Positions 36,392-44,465 of a DNA stretch of 59,857 nucleotides are shown piece after piece (the first letter of the stretch is position 1; every line of letters starts with the position of its first letter). Position numbers and translations under genes: made by a program. The notes under the pieces are model-generated. The model had not been told where the DNA came from and did not search any database. It worked only from the letters and a program-made list of their open reading frames with translations. Origin of the DNA: Patescibacteria group bacterium (GTDB taxonomy: Bacteria; Patescibacteriota; Minisyncoccia; Moranbacterales; DUUL01); assembly GCA_015493225.1 (NCBI GenBank), contig WGDO01000024.1:1-59857 (forward strand). The letters run 5' to 3'.

Positions 36392-39058
36392 TTAAAGATT
36401 AATACTAACTATATTTTTACCATCAAAGAGATATATTTTTTTGGCTGTTTCGTTAACAAAAATATTATTTGTTTTAGTGAATTTTTTGTTTTGATATTCT
36501 TTTGTTATTTGATCAGTTTCTTTATTTATTTGCAGTATTTTTCCTGATTTTTTATCTAGAATATAGTAATTGGACAAGACTGTATTGGTATAGATATTAT
36601 CTAGTTGTTTAACAGATAAATTAGTGCTTTTGGCTAATTTATTTTTAAAATAAGTTTCTATTTTTCCATTTTTATAGGCCAAGCGAATTGTGTCATCAAC
36701 GGCCATATTAATTAAAGAGTTGGTGTTTGGTAGTGGTGTTTTAAGCCAAGTTTTTGATTTTCCAAAGCCGCCGGTATCACGAGGGTAACGGTATATTTGT
36801 TTAGATCTTTTGTCTAATAAATATAGATAATCTAGATAAGTACCTTGGGCTATTAAATCAAATTGATTTGGTAGGGTTATTTTATTTTTATAAAATTTAT
36901 GAGTAATTGGACTGTAGGATAATACTTGAGAATTGGATGTAAAGAAAAATAAATTTAAATTAGACATGTAGGTTATTGATTTGGTTTCGTTGAGTTTGAT
37001 GTTTTTGGGAATATTAATGTTAGCAATCTTATTATCCTTGGAAATTTCATAAATATGTCCTGATTGGTCATAGGCCATAACTAAATCATCATTGCCAGAA
37101 ATAAATTTAATATTATCTGGTAGGGTGGCTATGGTTTTGGTTGGAGTTAAATCTTTAATAACTGGCTTAGGTGGTGTTTGGTTAACCATGGTTACTGGTT
37201 TTGGATTTGTATCTTCTTTTGTATTTTTATGTTTATTTATTTGAAGGGCAATTATTGGAACTAAAATTAAAAAAATGATTATTCCAATAATTAGGTGATT
37301 AGTTTTTGCAAAATTAATAAACTCTTTAAAGGTAAAATTTTTAAAATTAATAGTTATTATTTTCTTCTTGATTTTTTCTGCAGTGGTTTTGACGGAGGAG
37401 GTGTCTTTGAAAAAAGTGCTGATTTTTTTTATGAATGATTGAGTGATATTTTTTAATTTTATTAGCAGAGCTTGACTAATTGGTTTTAATTGTTTTGTAA
37501 CAGACAGTATTTTATTTTGCGTTGACAGCCAAATATTATTTATTTGTAGTTGGCTGTTTAGTGTTTTGTTTTTTAAAGAATTTTTTTTTGAAGACAGTAT
37601 GTCCCCTTTTTTGTCTATGGTAATTTCATTATTCTCTATTTCTTCTTTAATTGGTTTTGGGGCAGGGCTATTATTCTTTTTTGATGTATTAAAAAATTGT
37701 TTTAATTTTTTCTTAGATATTTTTTTCTTTGCTTTCTCTACATTTTCATCTTCATCGCTAATATATATTTCAGGTATTTGTTCAAAAGGAGATAAGTCTT
37801 TTTTTATTGAATCTTGTTTTTTTAGTTTAACCCCATCTATCTTTTTGGCTTTAGTTTTATTTACTGGAATTGATTTATCTAATAAGGCATTTTTAATGTT
37901 GGATGCTTTTTTCTTTGGAAAAGAGGGTGTTTTTGAAGTAGCAGTAATTTTATCGTTATATATTTTTTGGGATGTATCTTTTTTCTCAATTGAAAATGAT
38001 GAATGATCATTGCTATCTATTGACTGAGTAGATTTCTTTTTTGGAAATTTGGCGCTGGCTGGTGCTTCTAAGGGCACGTTGGTTACTCGTGGCTTATTAT
38101 TTTGATTAAGATTAGAACTATTTTTCTCAGTATTTTTTTGTGATTTATCGTTAGCTTTATTAACTGTCTTTTTTATTTTTTTATTCGTTGCTTTTTTATT
38201 TGGTGTTTTCTTTCTGTGTGTTTTTTTAATATCTTTTCCAAGAAAATTTTTATTTTTAGTTAATTTATCTATACTTAATTCCTCAGAATCAATATCATCT
38301 TTTTGAATTGTTTGTATTGCTGGATCAATTACTTTCTCTTTTATATTTGCGATTAAAACTGTTGCATTATCTGCTTCTTTTTCTATGGTTTTTATTATAA
38401 GATTATCAAATTCTTTAGCATTGAAAGTACCAAATAGTCTAGTTAAATCAGTAAATTTAAATATATTATAAATTGTTGGACCTGTAATTATTATTTTATC
38501 TTGAGGTTTTATTTCACCAACTACTACATCTTGAAATGTTTTTATTGGATGAGATGAAGTGGCGTTGTTGTTTTCTGATAAATTTAATAATTTCTTGTCT
38601 CTGCCCAGGAAGATGGAAGCATTGCCTACTTGAGTAAAGTATAGGGTATTTTTTTTAAAAACTCCAATGAGGGCATGTAATTTACCATTCCAATTAACAA
38701 TATCATGCTCAGCTAAATCTGCTAAAGCTAAATTTGCTTTTTTGAGAGCCACTTCAAAACTTTCTTCAGTTGATCTTGTTGATTGAGAATAAAATTCTTT
38801 TTTAATAATGCTAGCCAATAGATTGGGGATGTATTCAGATTCTTCTGAATGATCTAAAACTTGAATTATTCCAAAAAAACTCCCCATGCTTTTGTGGAAG
38901 TAAGTGTCATTGTGATAGCTGAATGCATTACTAAAAGCTTCTAGTTCTGGATTGGCTAGGGCTATAATTTGAGAAAAATTAAATTGTATTCTTTTTTTGC
39001 TTTTGGGGGGCATAAATTTGAAAGAATATAAATAAAACTTATTATCTTTATTATACAA
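36392..39058 (-). CDS. Large membrane protein: degenerate PP2C/SpoIIE-like N-domain, Lys-rich linker, TM helix, repeat-rich C-terminal domain
   Basis: 888 aa. GKLHALIGVFKKNTLYFTQVGNASIFLGRDKKL resembles the PPM motif (..VGDSR.YL.R) but has N in place of D. TM helix IIGIIIFLILVPIIAL. The C-terminal approx 280 aa is beta-rich. Confidence 0.65.
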   Translation of the reverse strand: MYNKDNKFYLYSFKFMPPKSKKRIQFNFSQIIALANPELEAFSNAFSYHNDTYFHKSMGSFFGIIQVLDHSEESEYIPNLLASIIKKEFYSQSTRSTEESFEVALKKANLALADLAEHDIVNWNGKLHALIGVFKKNTLYFTQVGNASIFLGRDKKLLNLSENNNATSSHPIKTFQDVVVGEIKPQDKIIITGPTIYNIFKFTDLTRLFGTFNAKEFDNLIIKTIEKEADNATVLIANIKEKVIDPAIQTIQKDDIDSEELSIDKLTKNKNFLGKDIKKTHRKKTPNKKATNKKIKKTVNKANDKSQKNTEKNSSNLNQNNKPRVTNVPLEAPASAKFPKKKSTQSIDSNDHSSFSIEKKDTSQKIYNDKITATSKTPSFPKKKASNIKNALLDKSIPVNKTKAKKIDGVKLKKQDSIKKDLSPFEQIPEIYISDEDENVEKAKKKISKKKLKQFFNTSKKNNSPAPKPIKEEIENNEITIDKKGDILSSKKNSLKNKTLNSQLQINNIWLSTQNKILSVTKQLKPISQALLIKLKNITQSFIKKISTFFKDTSSVKTTAEKIKKKIITINFKNFTFKEFINFAKTNHLIIGIIIFLILVPIIALQINKHKNTKEDTNPKPVTMVNQTPPKPVIKDLTPTKTIATLPDNIKFISGNDDLVMAYDQSGHIYEISKDNKIANINIPKNIKLNETKSITYMSNLNLFFFTSNSQVLSYSPITHKFYKNKITLPNQFDLIAQGTYLDYLYLLDKRSKQIYRYPRDTGGFGKSKTWLKTPLPNTNSLINMAVDDTIRLAYKNGKIETYFKNKLAKSTNLSVKQLDNIYTNTVLSNYYILDKKSGKILQINKETDQITKEYQNKKFTKTNNIFVNETAKKIYLFDGKNIVSINL

Positions 39059-39086
39059 TATTTTTAACTATTTTTGAAGACTAAAA

Positions 39087-40130
39087 CTAAACTGATAATT
39101 TATCTAAAAGTTTATCTAATAGTTTGTATAATTGATAATTATTTGATCGATTATATTTTTTTAGGTTTTGATTATAAAGAGGGATATTAGTAATAAAGTT
39201 ATTTAAATCTTGTAATGTTAATTTTTCTGAATAGTCACCATAACCTAGGTTTTTTAAATAGTAAGCATTGATTAATTGTTCCACTCGTTTTTTGACTGGA
39301 AGAGCAAGATAAGGTTTATTTAGATGGAGAGCTTCGGTTATTAAGGTAAAACCAGCAGTGGCAATAATTGCTTTGGCTGACACCAAGTCTTTCAAAAAGC
39401 CACCTTTGCTTTGTTTTTTGAAAACACAATTTTTAGTGGTTTTATTTTTGTTGGAACCGTAGATAATAAATTTTTCTTGACTTTGTTTGAATATGGATAA
39501 TAAATTTTTAGTATTGGTTGTTGTATCGTATACTAAGATATGTTTCCCTTTTTTTGTTTTTGCTTTTAAAATTTTGTTTTGTAAGATGGGAGGTATAATG
39601 TAACTGTTGGGGTGAGTTATTTTAAAATTAAAAAAACTAGTGATAACATAAGCGTTGGCTCCAAAAGCAACTGTACCTACGCCTGTTTTATTTATTAAAT
39701 AATCGATAATCCATTTTTTGTCATATTTTACTTTCCCTTGGGTAATACGATGTTGATTGTCGATGGATATTAAAGGGATGTGATAAAGATGAGCCATTAA
39801 TGATGAAAATGGTTCTAGGTCGGTAAAGATAATATCAGGCTGAAAAGTTTTTATTAATTGTTTAATTTCCTGAAAGCTTTTAGTGGCTTCTGGTGTTTTT
39901 TTGATATTTTCTAAAATGGTACCAGGATAAGTAGTATCGCCATTTTTATGGGCGAAGCGTAAACCAAATATTTTTTGAACATCAAAATTATCTTTTAGGC
40001 CCCAAAAACCTTGATGATAGGTAATCACTTTTACAATATGACCTTGTTTTTCTAAATATTTAATTGTAATAGATGCTCTGGCGGCATGTCCTAATCCTTC
40101 GCCAGCCACCCCAAATAATATTTTTGACAT
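39087..40130 (-). CDS. Glycosyltransferase, GT-B fold (MurG/UDP-glycosyltransferase-like)
   Basis: FGVAGEGLGHAARA N-terminal glycine-rich loop. C-terminal AGFTLITEALHLNKPYLALP. Confidence 0.8.
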   Translation of the reverse strand: MSKILFGVAGEGLGHAARASITIKYLEKQGHIVKVITYHQGFWGLKDNFDVQKIFGLRFAHKNGDTTYPGTILENIKKTPEATKSFQEIKQLIKTFQPDIIFTDLEPFSSLMAHLYHIPLISIDNQHRITQGKVKYDKKWIIDYLINKTGVGTVAFGANAYVITSFFNFKITHPNSYIIPPILQNKILKAKTKKGKHILVYDTTTNTKNLLSIFKQSQEKFIIYGSNKNKTTKNCVFKKQSKGGFLKDLVSAKAIIATAGFTLITEALHLNKPYLALPVKKRVEQLINAYYLKNLGYGDYSEKLTLQDLNNFITNIPLYNQNLKKYNRSNNYQLYKLLDKLLDKLSV

Positions 40131-40133
40131 ATT

Positions 40134-40715
40134 TTATGAAAAGACTTTTTTTATTTCCCATTTTTTTACCAAATTAATAAATAATAATGTTCCAAGGGTA
40201 ATCCCAACAACTATCAAACTAGCCCATTCAATATGTTGGCCAATGGTTCTATAGAGGTTCCCATAAAAATATCCAATGGTGATTAGAATACTACTCCAGA
40301 TTATTCCACCTAGTATAGAAAAAAATAGAAATTTTTTTAAAGGCATTCTTATCATTCCAGCGGTGATAAAAGTGATGTAGCTTAAACCAACTGTAATCTT
40401 AACTAAAAAAATTACTTTTCCGCCATGTTTTTCAAAAAAGGTTTGTAATTTTTTGCGACGAGTTTCTATCTTGGGGTGTCGTCCGATGAAATTACGTAAA
40501 CGTTGATTGCCAAAATAGCCAATGGCATATAAAATTAAATCCATAGTTAAATCACCAAATATGGAAATAAGAAATACTAGTTCAATTTTGAGTAGCCCTA
40601 GGGCAGCTAATCCACCACCGGCTAAGGTCGCCAAAGGCCCTTCAATAATTGTTAGGGGATATAAGATCCAATAACCATATTCTTGAATGAATTGTGTAAT
40701 TTGTTGACTGTCCAT
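40134..40715 (-). CDS. DedA-family membrane protein
   Basis: YGYWILYPLTIIEGP.... N-terminus typical of DedA/SNARE-associated proteins. Multi-TM. Confidence 0.85.
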   Translation of the reverse strand: MDSQQITQFIQEYGYWILYPLTIIEGPLATLAGGGLAALGLLKIELVFLISIFGDLTMDLILYAIGYFGNQRLRNFIGRHPKIETRRKKLQTFFEKHGGKVIFLVKITVGLSYITFITAGMIRMPLKKFLFFSILGGIIWSSILITIGYFYGNLYRTIGQHIEWASLIVVGITLGTLLFINLVKKWEIKKVFS

Positions 40716-40759
40716 TATGTTTTTTTAATTTTGATTTTTTTATATCATTGAGGGATAGT

Positions 40760-41815
40760 CTATTTAGAAAGGGTATTAGTAACTTCTTGTTGTAATGCTT
40801 TAATAATTTTATCAATATCACCATTAAGAATTCCATCTAAATTACTCCAGGACTGTTTAATGCGGTGATCGGTTACACGGTCTTGGGGGAAATTGTATGT
40901 TCTAATTTTTTCACTACGATCGCCGGTACCAATTTGTCCCTTTCGTTGTTCACTGGATTCTTTTTGTTTTTTTTCTTCTTCGGCTTGGATAATTCTAGAA
41001 CGAAGAACTTTCATCGCTTGTTCTTTATTTTGAATTTGACTTTTTTGATCTTGACAGGAAGATACGACGCCTGTGGGTAGGTGGGTAATTCTAACGGCAC
41101 TCATGGTTGTATTCACGCTTTGTCCTCCTGGTCCTGAGGCAGCAAAAGTATCAATTCGTAAATCCTCCTTTTTAATTTCCAGGTCTATTTCTTCGGCCTG
41201 GGGAAGAATGGCTACGGTGGCAGTGGAAGTGTGGATACGACCTTGTTTTTCTGTTTCGGGAATTCGTTGAACTCGATGTACTCCTGATTCGTATTTCATT
41301 TTTTCATAAACATGATTGCCAACTATTTCAAAAATAATTTCTTTGTAACCATTTAAAGCGTTGGGATGGGAATCAAGAATTTTAATTACCCAATTTTGTG
41401 TTTCGGCATAGCGAGAATACATTCTAAATAAATCTCCCGCAAATAATCCAGATTCATCCCCACCAGCGCCCGCTCTTATTTCTACAATTACATCTTTTTC
41501 ATCATTGGGGTCTTTTGGCTTTAAAAGAATATCTAATTCTTCTTCCAGTTGAGCAATCTTTTCTTTGATGATAGCGTTTTCTTCTCTGGCCATTTCGGCT
41601 AATTCTGAATCTTCGCTACTGCTGGCTAGAGCTTCATTTTCAATAAATTGATTTTGTTGATTTTGTAATTCTTCTTGAACAGAAATTAATTTGTCTAATT
41701 CTGTTTTTTTGCCAGCTAATTTTTTTAGCTTAGCTCCATTGGAAAAATTATCCGGATTAGCAATCTCGGTTTCTATTTCTTGTAGTTCTTGTTTTAGTGA
41801 ATCTAGATTTGGCAT
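40760..41815 (-). CDS. prfA: Peptide chain release factor 1
   Basis: GGQ motif ([11 protein letters not shown]). PxT-type tripeptide [14 protein letters not shown]. Confidence 0.95.
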   Translation of the reverse strand: MPNLDSLKQELQEIETEIANPDNFSNGAKLKKLAGKKTELDKLISVQEELQNQQNQFIENEALASSSEDSELAEMAREENAIIKEKIAQLEEELDILLKPKDPNDEKDVIVEIRAGAGGDESGLFAGDLFRMYSRYAETQNWVIKILDSHPNALNGYKEIIFEIVGNHVYEKMKYESGVHRVQRIPETEKQGRIHTSTATVAILPQAEEIDLEIKKEDLRIDTFAASGPGGQSVNTTMSAVRITHLPTGVVSSCQDQKSQIQNKEQAMKVLRSRIIQAEEEKKQKESSEQRKGQIGTGDRSEKIRTYNFPQDRVTDHRIKQSWSNLDGILNGDIDKIIKALQQEVTNTLSK

Positions 41816-41851
41816 TGTGGCAGTAGAGTGATACTTAATTTTGTTTACAAT

Positions 41852-41889
41852 AAATCCCGTCTAGTTATAGTATAACACAAACGGGATTT
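41852..41889 (-). terminator. Hairpin downstream of rpmE (weak terminator candidate)
   Basis: aaatcccgt-(20 nt)-acgggattt. The U-tract is poor. Confidence 0.4.
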
Positions 41890-41897
41890 AAGGGTAG

Positions 41898-42242
41898 CTA
41901 TTTTTTAGTTTGTTTCTTTGTTTCTTTGGAAGGTGTAGCTGTTTTCGAAGATGTTGTTTTTTTTGTACTTTTTTTACTAGATTTTTTTGCTTTGCTTTTT
42001 TTTGCTTTTTCTTTTGCTTCTTTTTCTGCTTGCATTTTTTTAGCCATCTCCATTTTTTTCTGAAATCTGTCTACTTGACCAGCACTATCTACTAATTTCT
42101 TCTTTCCAGTATAGAAGGGGTGACAGGCACTACAAATTTCAATTTCAATTTTTTCTACAGTTGAGCCAACTTTAAAAACATTACCGCAGGCACAGGTGAT
42201 AGTAGCATTGTCATAATACTTAGGGTGAATTTTTGGTTTCAT
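41898..42242 (-). CDS. rpmE: 50S ribosomal protein L31 with a Lys-rich C-terminal extension
   Basis: [10 protein letters not shown]...CACG...[11 protein letters not shown], followed by a K/S/T-rich tail of about 45 aa. Confidence 0.93.
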   Translation of the reverse strand: MKPKIHPKYYDNATITCACGNVFKVGSTVEKIEIEICSACHPFYTGKKKLVDSAGQVDRFQKKMEMAKKMQAEKEAKEKAKKSKAKKSSKKSTKKTTSSKTATPSKETKKQTKK

Positions 42243-42331
42243 AAAATTAAATTAAATCTTTAATCAATTAAATACTGAGTAATGGTAGCATACTAATCGG
42301 AAAAAATCAAGTATTTACTCTTTTAATTTTG

Positions 42332-42512
42332 TGGGCGATCCAGGACTTTTACCCCGTCGAATGACTGGGGCACCCTAATCGGGCCGGTCTTTTGTGGGCT
42401 ATGCCAGCACAAAAGTCTTCTCGTCCTAGTCCGAAAGTGAAGCAGTTCACTTTCTCTCTCATCTATTAAAAATTATTTTAATTGTGAGAGTTGCTTGTAA
42501 AAACAAGCTTTG
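42332..42512 (-). repeat. tRNA-Ile-linked structured element ending in an exact copy of tRNA-Ile positions 58-73
   Basis: 42328-47 (tttgtgggcgatccaggact) repeats 42508-27. The interior shares modules with the tRNA-Ala-linked units: gaaagNNaagcagttNNctttc, gtcctagtccg, gccc-loop-gggc, ccccgtcgaatgactgggg. Confidence 0.7.
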
Positions 42513-42586
42513 TGGGCGATCCAGGACTCGAACCTGGGACCTCGTCGTTATCAGCGACGCGCTCTAACCACCTGAGCTAATCGCCC
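42513..42586 (-). tRNA. tRNA-Ile (anticodon GAT)
   Basis: GGGCGAT TA GCTC AGGTGGTTA GAGC G CGTCG CTGATAA CGACG AGGTC CCAGG TTCGAGT CCTGG ATCGCCC A. 74 nt, clean cloverleaf, CCA not encoded. Confidence 0.93.
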
Positions 42587-42639
42587 GTTGTTTTACTAAA
42601 TCTAAAATTATATAGAGAACTTATTTATTAATTGTTGGC

Positions 42640-42704
42640 GCGACGCGCTCCCCGCCCGAATGTACCGTTCGGTACGGGCGGGTAACCACCTGAGCTAATC
42701 GCCC
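42640..42704 (-). pseudogene. tRNA-Ile 5' fragment (positions 1 to about 33) interrupted in the D-loop by a 32-nt GC-rich hairpin
   Basis: 42683-42704 plus 6 nt of leader repeat 42565-42586 and flank. 42640-42650 repeats the D-stem and anticodon-stem 5' strand. The insert cccgcccgaatgtaccgttcggtacgggcggg spans 42651-42682. Confidence 0.7.
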
Positions 42705-42841
42705 GTTGTTAATTAGTAATTAAAAATTAGTAATTAAAAATGGGAAACTTAAAATTTTAAATTATAATTTTATTGAACTTATAATATTTTATTATTAATT
42801 CTTAATTATTAATTCTTAATTAACTCAAATAAAGATGTATG

Positions 42842-43047
42842 TGGACCAGACAGGACTTTTATCCCGTCGAATGACTGGGGCGCCTTAGTCGGGCCTGTCC
42901 ATCCCTTAGCAAAGGGCTGGACTTCGAGTCCTAGTCCGAAAGCCAAGCTATTTATCCCTCGTAGCTTTAGCGAAGTGGGAGTTGGCTTTCTCTCTCCGTT
43001 TGAAGAGTGCTATTCTATTTTAACACATCTTGAGATAAAGATGTATG
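42842..43047 (-). repeat. tRNA-Ala-linked element, unit A (206 bp), ending in a copy of tRNA-Ala positions 58-73
   Basis: Tandem with unit B. Relative to B it has a 23-nt module (tttatcccgtcgaatgactgggg) and a 31-nt insertion in the gaaagccaagc/ttggctttc hairpin loop. Confidence 0.7.
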
Positions 43048-43199
43048 TGGACCAGACAGGACTCGCCCTAGTCGGGCCTGTCTATCCCTTAGCAAAGGGC
43101 TGGACTTCGAGTCCTAGTCCGAAAGCCAAGCAGTTGGCTTTCTCTCTCCGTTTGAAGAGTACTATTCTATTTTAACACATCTTGAGATAAAGATGTATG
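43048..43199 (-). repeat. tRNA-Ala-linked element, unit B (152 bp), ending in a copy of tRNA-Ala positions 58-73
   Basis: ataaagatgtatgtggaccagacaggact recurs near 42831, 43037 and 43189. Unit B lies directly downstream of the intact tRNA-Ala. Confidence 0.7.
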
Positions 43200-43272
43200 T
43201 GGACCAGACAGGACTCGAACCCGCCACCTCCTCAGTGCAAATGAGGTGCTCTACCAGATGAGCTACTGGCCC
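43200..43272 (-). tRNA. tRNA-Ala (anticodon TGC)
   Basis: GGGCCAG TA GCTC ATCTGGTA GAGC A CCTCA TTTGCAC TGAGG AGGTG GCGGG TTCGAGT CCTGT CTGGTCC A. G3:U70 identity pair present. 73 nt. Confidence 0.93.
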
Positions 43273-43320
43273 TTTGGAATAATTAAAAATTAAAAATTAA
43301 AAATTAAATTTTTATACCAG

Positions 43321-43372
43321 GCCAAGCTATTTATCCCTCGTAGCTTTAGCGAAGTGGGAGTTGGCTTTCTCT
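43321..43372 (-). repeat. 52-bp fragment identical to part of unit A (hairpin module with the 31-nt insert), downstream of tRNA-Asp
   Basis: gccaagctatttatccctcgtagctttagcgaagtgggagttggctttctct equals 42942-42993. Confidence 0.8.
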
Positions 43373-43426
43373 ATCGGCTAATTAATTTAAAGCTATCCAT
43401 AGTATGTTTTCTTCGAATATGCTTTG

Positions 43427-43500
43427 CGGGGACGAAGGGACTCGAACCCTCGACCTTCTGCGTGACAGGCAGACGCTCTAACCAGCTGAGCTACGCCCCC
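43427..43500 (-). tRNA. tRNA-Asp (anticodon GTC)
   Basis: GGGGGCG TA GCTC AGCTGGTTA GAGC G TCTGC CTGTCAC GCAGA AGGTC GAGGG TTCGAGT CCCTT CGTCCCC G. 74 nt. Confidence 0.93.
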
Positions 43501-43849
43501 ATAGATTAATTTTCAATTTTCAATTTAAAATTTTCAATGAATGTTTTAATTAATAATTTATGAATTTTGAAATAAGTGTCAACTCTTAAATCTTAAATTC
43601 CCAAATTCCTAAATTTTTGATTAACAAGCGTACTTATATAATAATAGACTATTTTAGAGTTTAGTCAAGGGGTTAAATATCTCGAGTAATAGTCTTTTGT
43701 AATTAGTGAAGAGTAAAGCATTTTGAGCAACTAAATCAATGGCAAAAGTAAAATTAAAAGTTTACAGGACTGTGTATATTTAATTGTAAATTTAGTTAGT
43801 ATGTTAGCATGAAATTGAAACTGGAAAGTAGCTATTGAAAATAATTTTA

Positions 43850-43893
43850 TAAAAAAATAGGACGGATATACTGTATAAACAGTGGATCCGTCC
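43850..43893 (-). terminator. Rho-independent terminator of the 109-aa ORF
   Basis: ggacggat..actgt-ataa-acagt..atccgtcc, with an A-run on the plus strand (T-run on the minus strand) at 43851-43857. Confidence 0.7.
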
Positions 43894-43903
43894 GAGATAA
43901 CCA

Positions 43904-44233
43904 TTAGGAGGCATCGTCATCAATCATTGATTGATAGTCAAGCATTGCTTGACGTTTGTATGCCTCTTGCTCTTTGACAGCTTTAGTCTCAAGCCTTTTC
44001 CACTTGGCTTTTAAAGCTCTCTCTTCAGCTTCATCGTAGAGTGGCTCTTCTAGCCATATTTTATCTTTTTCTGCGATGATTTCAAGACATGAAATTCTTG
44101 CTTTGAAAATAAAATTATTAGCCCACAAGATTTCTTCTGCAAGACTGATAAGCGATGAGCACCAACTGAATTTATCTAACCAGTTGATAAGCGATGAGAC
44201 TAGGCTGTCTAATTTTTCCTTAATTTTTTTCAT
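43904..44233 (-). CDS. Hypothetical protein
   Basis: 109-aa ORF with its own terminator. Helical and charged C-terminal half. No recognisable motif. Confidence 0.5.
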   Translation of the reverse strand: MKKIKEKLDSLVSSLINWLDKFSWCSSLISLAEEILWANNFIFKARISCLEIIAEKDKIWLEEPLYDEAEERALKAKWKRLETKAVKEQEAYKRQAMLDYQSMIDDDAS

Positions 44234-44465
44234 ACTACATCTCCAATTGAATTAATAACAATTTCTAAATGAAACTGTTTTCAAAAGAAGATTTTCTCCG
44301 TTCTTGACCATTTTCCAGGCGGGGTAGGAGAAAATACTAGTTTATTTCTGTACCCCATAAAAAATAAACTCAGTTATATTATAACATATTTAAATAAATT
44401 TGTCAAGTCTTGATATTTTTAAGGTTATTCATTGCTAATTATTCAGAATATGGTAAAATTATAGT

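Noticed and set aside
37566-38006. 146-aa plus-strand ORF inside the 888-aa gene, and similar shadows at 40865-41270 (in prfA), 41910-42095 (in rpmE) and 32583-33124 (in atpD)
   Set aside because: All lie antisense to well-supported genes. Their Phe/Ser/Leu-rich low complexity mirrors Lys/Glu-rich coding sequence.
42975-43175. 66-aa ORF across the tRNA-Ala-linked repeats
   Set aside because: It runs through tandem non-coding repeat units and hairpin modules. The same sequence in the neighbouring unit is not open.
42842-43199. Ala-linked units as complete but unusual tRNA genes
   Set aside because: In the Ala units, GGACUAG could pair with the duplicated CUGGUCC, and ACAGG with CCUGU. That would give an acceptor-like and T-like stem with an enlarged T-loop. 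The same conserved GGACTAGGAC segment cannot pair with the Ile 3' end in the Ile-linked unit. No credible D arm or anticodon arm (7-nt loop) is present either. I therefore treat the pairing as possibly fortuitous.
42831-43200. Possible CRISPR array (regularly repeated 27-bp segment)
   Set aside because: There are only three repeats, spaced 206 and 152 bp apart. The spacers are homologous to each other, and the repeat is the tRNA-Ala 3' end plus its trailer. The AT-rich tandem words elsewhere have periods of 7-10 bp with no spacers. No cas genes are present.
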